From positions 1 through 64,000 of the IMG/VR virus record IMGVR_UViG_3300042891_002337: a stretch of 64,000 nucleotides of DNA. One strand, written 5' to 3'. The translations under genes were made by a program, and so were the position numbers. The number at the start of each line of letters is the position of its first letter. Within the stretch, counting starts at the first letter, position 1. This DNA comes from a virus. The notes under the pieces are model-generated. The model was not told where the DNA came from, searched no databases, and worked only from the letters and a program-made list of their open reading frames with translations. This document shows, in pieces, positions 59,850 to 64,000 of this stretch.

Positions 59850-60128
59850 TTATGTGAATCTCCTGAGCTTAGATGGGACTTGAGCTCGAGCCCTTCCCAT
59901 CATTGAACGCGCTTCGGCGCTATTGTCATGGGCAGCTCGAGACTGACCGTCTCCCTTTTCATTCGCCTTCTTGAGCTCCTCCTGGACCCGGTTGATGAAC
60001 CAGATCCTGTACTGTATGGGAATATTGTACGCTTCAACGTACGTAAATCCCATGTAGTACATTAGGAGGAATGTGTGCTCAAGGTGGATTGTTCGATCAC
60101 TCGGTTCCAGGCCAAAAGAAGCCGGCAC
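59850..60128 (-). CDS. Tail chaperone frameshift extension (G-T-like)
   Basis: Overlaps the chaperone 3' end in +1 frame, no RBS; YMGFTYVEAYNIPIQYRIWF. Confidence 0.65.
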   Translation of the reverse strand: MPASFGLEPSDRTIHLEHTFLLMYYMGFTYVEAYNIPIQYRIWFINRVQEELKKANEKGDGQSRAAHDNSAEARSMMGRARAQVPSKLRRFT

Positions 60129-60951
60129 CCATGGGCATCCTTATCTCCGTAGACTCGGAGCAAGAAGGACAGTCCATGAAGACCTTCATGTCAACACCCG
60201 GCTCATTCTTATCAATGAAGTTCCTGAGTGCAAGTGAGTCCCTTGCAGGCATGTTCCTGATGAAGTTTGAGATCAGAGCCTTATCCGTCTTACCATCAAC
60301 CGAAACCACGGCAAACTGAAGCCTGGTGGTCACCAGAGAGTCAGACAGAGACCCTGTCTTCTTCTTCCTCTCCTGAATCTGCATGATCTCTTCCTCATCG
60401 ACTCCAGTAAGGAACTTGAACTTTACTACCTTCTTGGTGACAGGAAGCAAGAACTCAAACACATTCTCACCGAGAGAAACCGGATCAATCTCAAGTGGCT
60501 TGACAGGTAGTGAGGAGAGATCGAAGGTCTGCTTTGACTTTGTGTTACAAGTTGGACACTCTGCCTCGGCAACGTAATCAGATCCATAACCTGTGATTCT
60601 TAGGGCAACCATCACTGCGTTCCTGTCACCGGTCAACATTTCGCTCACATTGACCCTTCTATCAACGATGCAGGACTGTAGGAGGTGTGTGATGACCGTG
60701 CCTTTCTTGATGAGGGCACGTGACGTGAGAATGTCCTCCTCGCGAGCTGTCATTGCTCGAATATCGAGTGTGTGTGCCTTGTGAAGGGGACTTGACTCAG
60801 GATAGACAACACCCTGTGATGGGAGGGGCACGCTCTCAAGTGGCACCTCGAAACCGAAGTCATCCTTCATTACGTCACGAACCTGAACTCCCGGAGGCGG
60901 AGAGCCACCAAGGTTTGATGAACCGAATACCTGACTTCTGTCGCTAGACAA
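60097..60951 (-). CDS. Tail/baseplate assembly chaperone (T4 gp26-like)
   Basis: LPSQG, MTAREEDIL, CPTC and CPSC, FFWP end; between tube and tape measure. Confidence 0.8.
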   Translation of the reverse strand: MSSDRSQVFGSSNLGGSPPPGVQVRDVMKDDFGFEVPLESVPLPSQGVVYPESSPLHKAHTLDIRAMTAREEDILTSRALIKKGTVITHLLQSCIVDRRVNVSEMLTGDRNAVMVALRITGYGSDYVAEAECPTCNTKSKQTFDLSSLPVKPLEIDPVSLGENVFEFLLPVTKKVVKFKFLTGVDEEEIMQIQERKKKTGSLSDSLVTTRLQFAVVSVDGKTDKALISNFIRNMPARDSLALRNFIDKNEPGVDMKVFMDCPSCSESTEIRMPMGAGFFWPGTE

Positions 60952-61007
60952 TCTTTCCTCCTAAACTTGTCTGTTGATCAATTGTCATAGAACTGGCTAG
61001 AAGTAAA

Positions 61008-61043
61008 CAAAAAAGAAGCCGGAGGGGACGAAGCCCCTCCGGC
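61008..61043 (-). terminator. Intrinsic terminator after tail tube gene
   Basis: GCCGGAGGGG-loop-CCCCTCCGGC then TTCTTTTTT on the minus strand. Confidence 0.88.
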
Positions 61044-61062
61044 CATAGGGAACCGAAACCTT

Positions 61063-61551
61063 TCAGTACTGGAGGACGCAGTTATCGAACTGCAGCGTCA
61101 GAGCGATCTCAGTAGGATCCTCAGCAGAGTAGTCAAGGTCGTTGAACTGAGCTGATGTAATCTGGGCGCCCTTGATGTCCCAAAGCTCGACAACTGTTCC
61201 GACAGGATCAAGCATCTTCAGCTGAATGTCACGCTTGTAGAAGTCAGCATAGCCTGCGCGGCCTGATACTGACTCGTAGTGAGTACGAACCCATTCCATA
61301 ACCTGCTGCGCGCCTGATGGTGCGATGGGGTCGTAGAGGGTGACGTTCATTGTGCTGAACTTCGCCTTGCCTGCAACGTAACGGACTGTGTTGATCCAGT
61401 GGATCTCCTGTGAGGAGATGTCCATCTGTGGCCTGGCGGTTGTCTTCACCAGGAATGAGTCAATTCCCTCAATGGCTAGAACCCATCTAAACTTGCGCTT
61501 GGGCTCGAACCTATTGGGCAACATATCAGTGACTGATAGTGTTTCGGCCAT
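61063..61551 (-). CDS. Tail tube protein (T4 gp19-like)
   Basis: FEPKRKFRW, LYDPIAPSGAQQVMEW, WDIKGA; follows the sheath gene. Confidence 0.9.
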   Translation of the reverse strand: MAETLSVTDMLPNRFEPKRKFRWVLAIEGIDSFLVKTTARPQMDISSQEIHWINTVRYVAGKAKFSTMNVTLYDPIAPSGAQQVMEWVRTHYESVSGRAGYADFYKRDIQLKMLDPVGTVVELWDIKGAQITSAQFNDLDYSAEDPTEIALTLQFDNCVLQY

Positions 61552-61592
61552 TTCTTTACTCCTTGTTCCCTATGTATTCATCTCAAAGGTTT

Positions 61593-64000
61593 TCAGATCT
61601 GTGCGCCTTGGTTGGTTACAACAAAGTCGAGGTTGATGAACTCTAGTGACCTGGTCGGCTGGAGGTAGATCTGTCCACGAATTGTATTGTTCTCAACATC
61701 GGCCTGTGTTGTGGTCGAGGTGTCGATCTTCACCTTGAACCTCTCTACACCCTGCTGTGCCTGAATCTGCTTCAGGATTGGGTCGACCAGAGAAGTGAAC
61801 CTTGCGAGGGTTGACTCCCTGTTCGGCTCAAACAGGATGAGGTTTGCTACATTACGCACCCTGCGACGGATTTCGATCAGAAGGCGCCTGACGTTGACTC
61901 GGTCGAGTGCAGATGCCCTTGCGAGGAGTGTCTTCTGTCCATAGACAAGAGGACCTGACTCACCCGGGAATGCAACAATTGGGTTGATGCTGTTTACGTA
62001 GAGTGTGTCCATGTTCTCACGGCTCAGCTTCACCTGAATCTCGGACACTGATGAGAGTGCGCCGCGTGTGAATCCTGCAGGAGCGTACCATGGGTATGCA
62101 AGAGAATCGTTGAGTCCGAATGCACCGAGGACCGCAACCGACGGAGGAACCACAACGTTTGTCCTGCTATTGGGATCAGTCATCACAACGTCTGGGTAGT
62201 ACACAGCTGCGAACGATGAGTCAAGTCTCCTGTTTCTCAGAGCGTTGGCAGTGAGTGAGACGCTTGGGACCGAATTGCTTCCTGTCACGACAAGGTCATC
62301 AACATCCCTTTCCTCAATGTCGGCGATGTAAAGAGCGTCGAATCTGCCCTCTACAGCATCGATTGCGTAATCAACAACGCCAGGATTCCTGATTCCAGGA
62401 ATTGCAAGCAGCTGGAGGTCAACGTCTGACTTCTCGGCAAGGATGTCAATCGCCTTACGGTATGCAGCCACAGTGGGACCTGCAGGACCGAACTGGGTCG
62501 TGGCATAATCCATCTCCCTCTTCACGGCCACTGTGGAGAGCGCAGACTTCTCCCTGTCGAAGATGTTGACTCCGTCGAAGCCGCCCTGAACTATTGTAGT
62601 GAACTTCAGGTAAGACCTTGCCTTCAGGTCTCCAAAGTCTCCCTTTGCGACATCAACAAGCCTGTAGCCAGCATCAGCAACACCTGTTCTCTTGTAGGAT
62701 GCGCTGGTCCAAAGGTTCACATCAGGAAGGAGTGTGTTGGAGTTCTGGATGACCTGGACGTTTTCAAGCGTGAACCTATTCTTTGTGAAGCGGTCAGCGT
62801 CATAAACGGTTCCATTGGCATCAAGAGTTCCCTCATTGTTTCCAACCCAAGGATTCTGGAAGTCAGTGTGGAAGTTGGGGAAGTATTTCGTCATTGCGAT
62901 GGCTGTGTCTGAGATTCCTGTGCCGTTGTTTACCTCGGCAGCAGATTCCACAGGCTCAGTCTGGAATCCCCAGTGGAGTGACGACAGGATTGTCTTTGAA
63001 TTTCCTGTTCCGGTCGTGATGTTCAACCTGTACGGTGCAGGGGGCTGAATCAGTCCGTCAGCAGCGTTTGTTGCGACTGCTGATGTGAGAGAGCTTCCTG
63101 ATGTGACCAGGTGGTAGTATCCTCTGAATCCGACAGGAAGTGAGGATGCAGGAACTTCCTGATTTGAAACGTTGTCATCAATCTCAACACGGATGTAATT
63201 CGAAAGGTTCGGGTAGTTGCCCTCTATTGTGAGCTTCTGTGCACCTTCAGTACGATCGAAGTCGTAGAATGTGTTGAGGTCTCCGATTATCTTTCCAATG
63301 TACCTTGTGTCTACAGGATTGAGAGACAACCTGTTGAAGCTCTCAAGGACAACCTTGTTCGCATCAGTGTCACTGAATTCCCTGACGCTAAGAGTGAATG
63401 TTCCGTACTCAGATGTTGGATCGGTGGAAGGTGTGATGTCAGATATGCTGACCTTGACCTTGGTGTTTGCATAGGCGCCGTCGTCCCTACAGTGAACCCT
63501 AAAGAGGTTGTAGACAGTTCCTCCAAATTTCTGTGAGGTGATGAACGGAGTGAATGCTGTCTTAAACCTGTCCTCGAAGTTATCGAAGTTAGGAACGACG
63601 GTTGTTCCACTGTTGTGAGTCACGCTCTTCGCTAGAATGACAGCCTCTTCAAGGCCGATTCCATTTGGGCCCACCTGGCCGGGAATGGGAAGGTCTGAAC
63701 CTGTGACCCTGGCAATCGATGGGTGGAAGTCGTATGAAGCATACAGATAGTGACCAGCCTGCTCAATAAGCTTTGGATCAGTGTTGAAGACACTGGCAAA
63801 GTAGTTGTTTGCAGTTGGATCAAAGCTTGCTGTGATGAAGTTGTTGTATGCTGCTGTTGACTTGTGACCTGAGAGGAACAGAACGAATGTCTGAGTTCCG
63901 CCAGCCACGTTGACGGTTCCCGTTACGTGTCCGATGATAGCAGGTGATGGAGTCACTGATGCAAGGTTGTTGTTGACACCGTTGGAGCTTGAAAGAGAAA
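61593..64000 (-). CDS. Tail sheath protein (5' end outside window)
   Basis: YPWYAPAGFTRG, INPI, YGQKTL, RVNVRRL, FEPN, PTRSLEFI. Confidence 0.95.
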   Translation of the reverse strand, partial: SLSSSNGVNNNLASVTPSPAIIGHVTGTVNVAGGTQTFVLFLSGHKSTAAYNNFITASFDPTANNYFASVFNTDPKLIEQAGHYLYASYDFHPSIARVTGSDLPIPGQVGPNGIGLEEAVILAKSVTHNSGTTVVPNFDNFEDRFKTAFTPFITSQKFGGTVYNLFRVHCRDDGAYANTKVKVSISDITPSTDPTSEYGTFTLSVREFSDTDANKVVLESFNRLSLNPVDTRYIGKIIGDLNTFYDFDRTEGAQKLTIEGNYPNLSNYIRVEIDDNVSNQEVPASSLPVGFRGYYHLVTSGSSLTSAVATNAADGLIQPPAPYRLNITTGTGNSKTILSSLHWGFQTEPVESAAEVNNGTGISDTAIAMTKYFPNFHTDFQNPWVGNNEGTLDANGTVYDADRFTKNRFTLENVQVIQNSNTLLPDVNLWTSASYKRTGVADAGYRLVDVAKGDFGDLKARSYLKFTTIVQGGFDGVNIFDREKSALSTVAVKREMDYATTQFGPAGPTVAAYRKAIDILAEKSDVDLQLLAIPGIRNPGVVDYAIDAVEGRFDALYIADIEERDVDDLVVTGSNSVPSVSLTANALRNRRLDSSFAAVYYPDVVMTDPNSRTNVVVPPSVAVLGAFGLNDSLAYPWYAPAGFTRGALSSVSEIQVKLSRENMDTLYVNSINPIVAFPGESGPLVYGQKTLLARASALDRVNVRRLLIEIRRRVRNVANLILFEPNRESTLARFTSLVDPILKQIQAQQGVERFKVKIDTSTTTQADVENNTIRGQIYLQPTRSLEFINLDFVVTNQGAQI

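Overview
Segment of a large, T4-like tailed dsDNA phage (jumbo myovirus type) genome, almost entirely on the minus strand. It contains a contractile-tail module (sheath, tube, chaperone, tape measure, LysM and baseplate-type proteins), a replication/recombination module (DnaE, gp41-like helicase, RecA, gp32-like SSB, two 5'-3' exonucleases, a minimal family-A polymerase), nucleotide metabolism (class II RNR, two ThyX paralogues, TK, dCMP deaminase, dUTPase-like proteins), repair glycosylases, sugar-nucleotide enzymes, GroEL, ClpP, SOD, a Dps-like protein and a sigma-70 family factor. No rRNA, tRNA, CRISPR array, integrase or transposase was seen. The most notable signals are: (1) a sigma factor apparently split so that region 4.2 is a separate, coupled gene; (2) two promoter classes (TGAAC-N16/17-TAnnnT and [A/C]TAnnTA), many exactly 5 nt from an ATG (leaderless); (3) promoter spacers that are reverse complements of the downstream translation start; (4) an operon around a catalytically altered second ThyX, suggesting a non-canonical nucleotide pathway; (5) a shared N-terminal 'LTE..LRQIIREE'-type leader on many late proteins, including enzymes; (6) a probable +1 frameshift in the tail chaperone. 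All functional calls come from motif recognition by eye; no database searches were run. Some starts were moved from the ORF track to better-supported ATGs.
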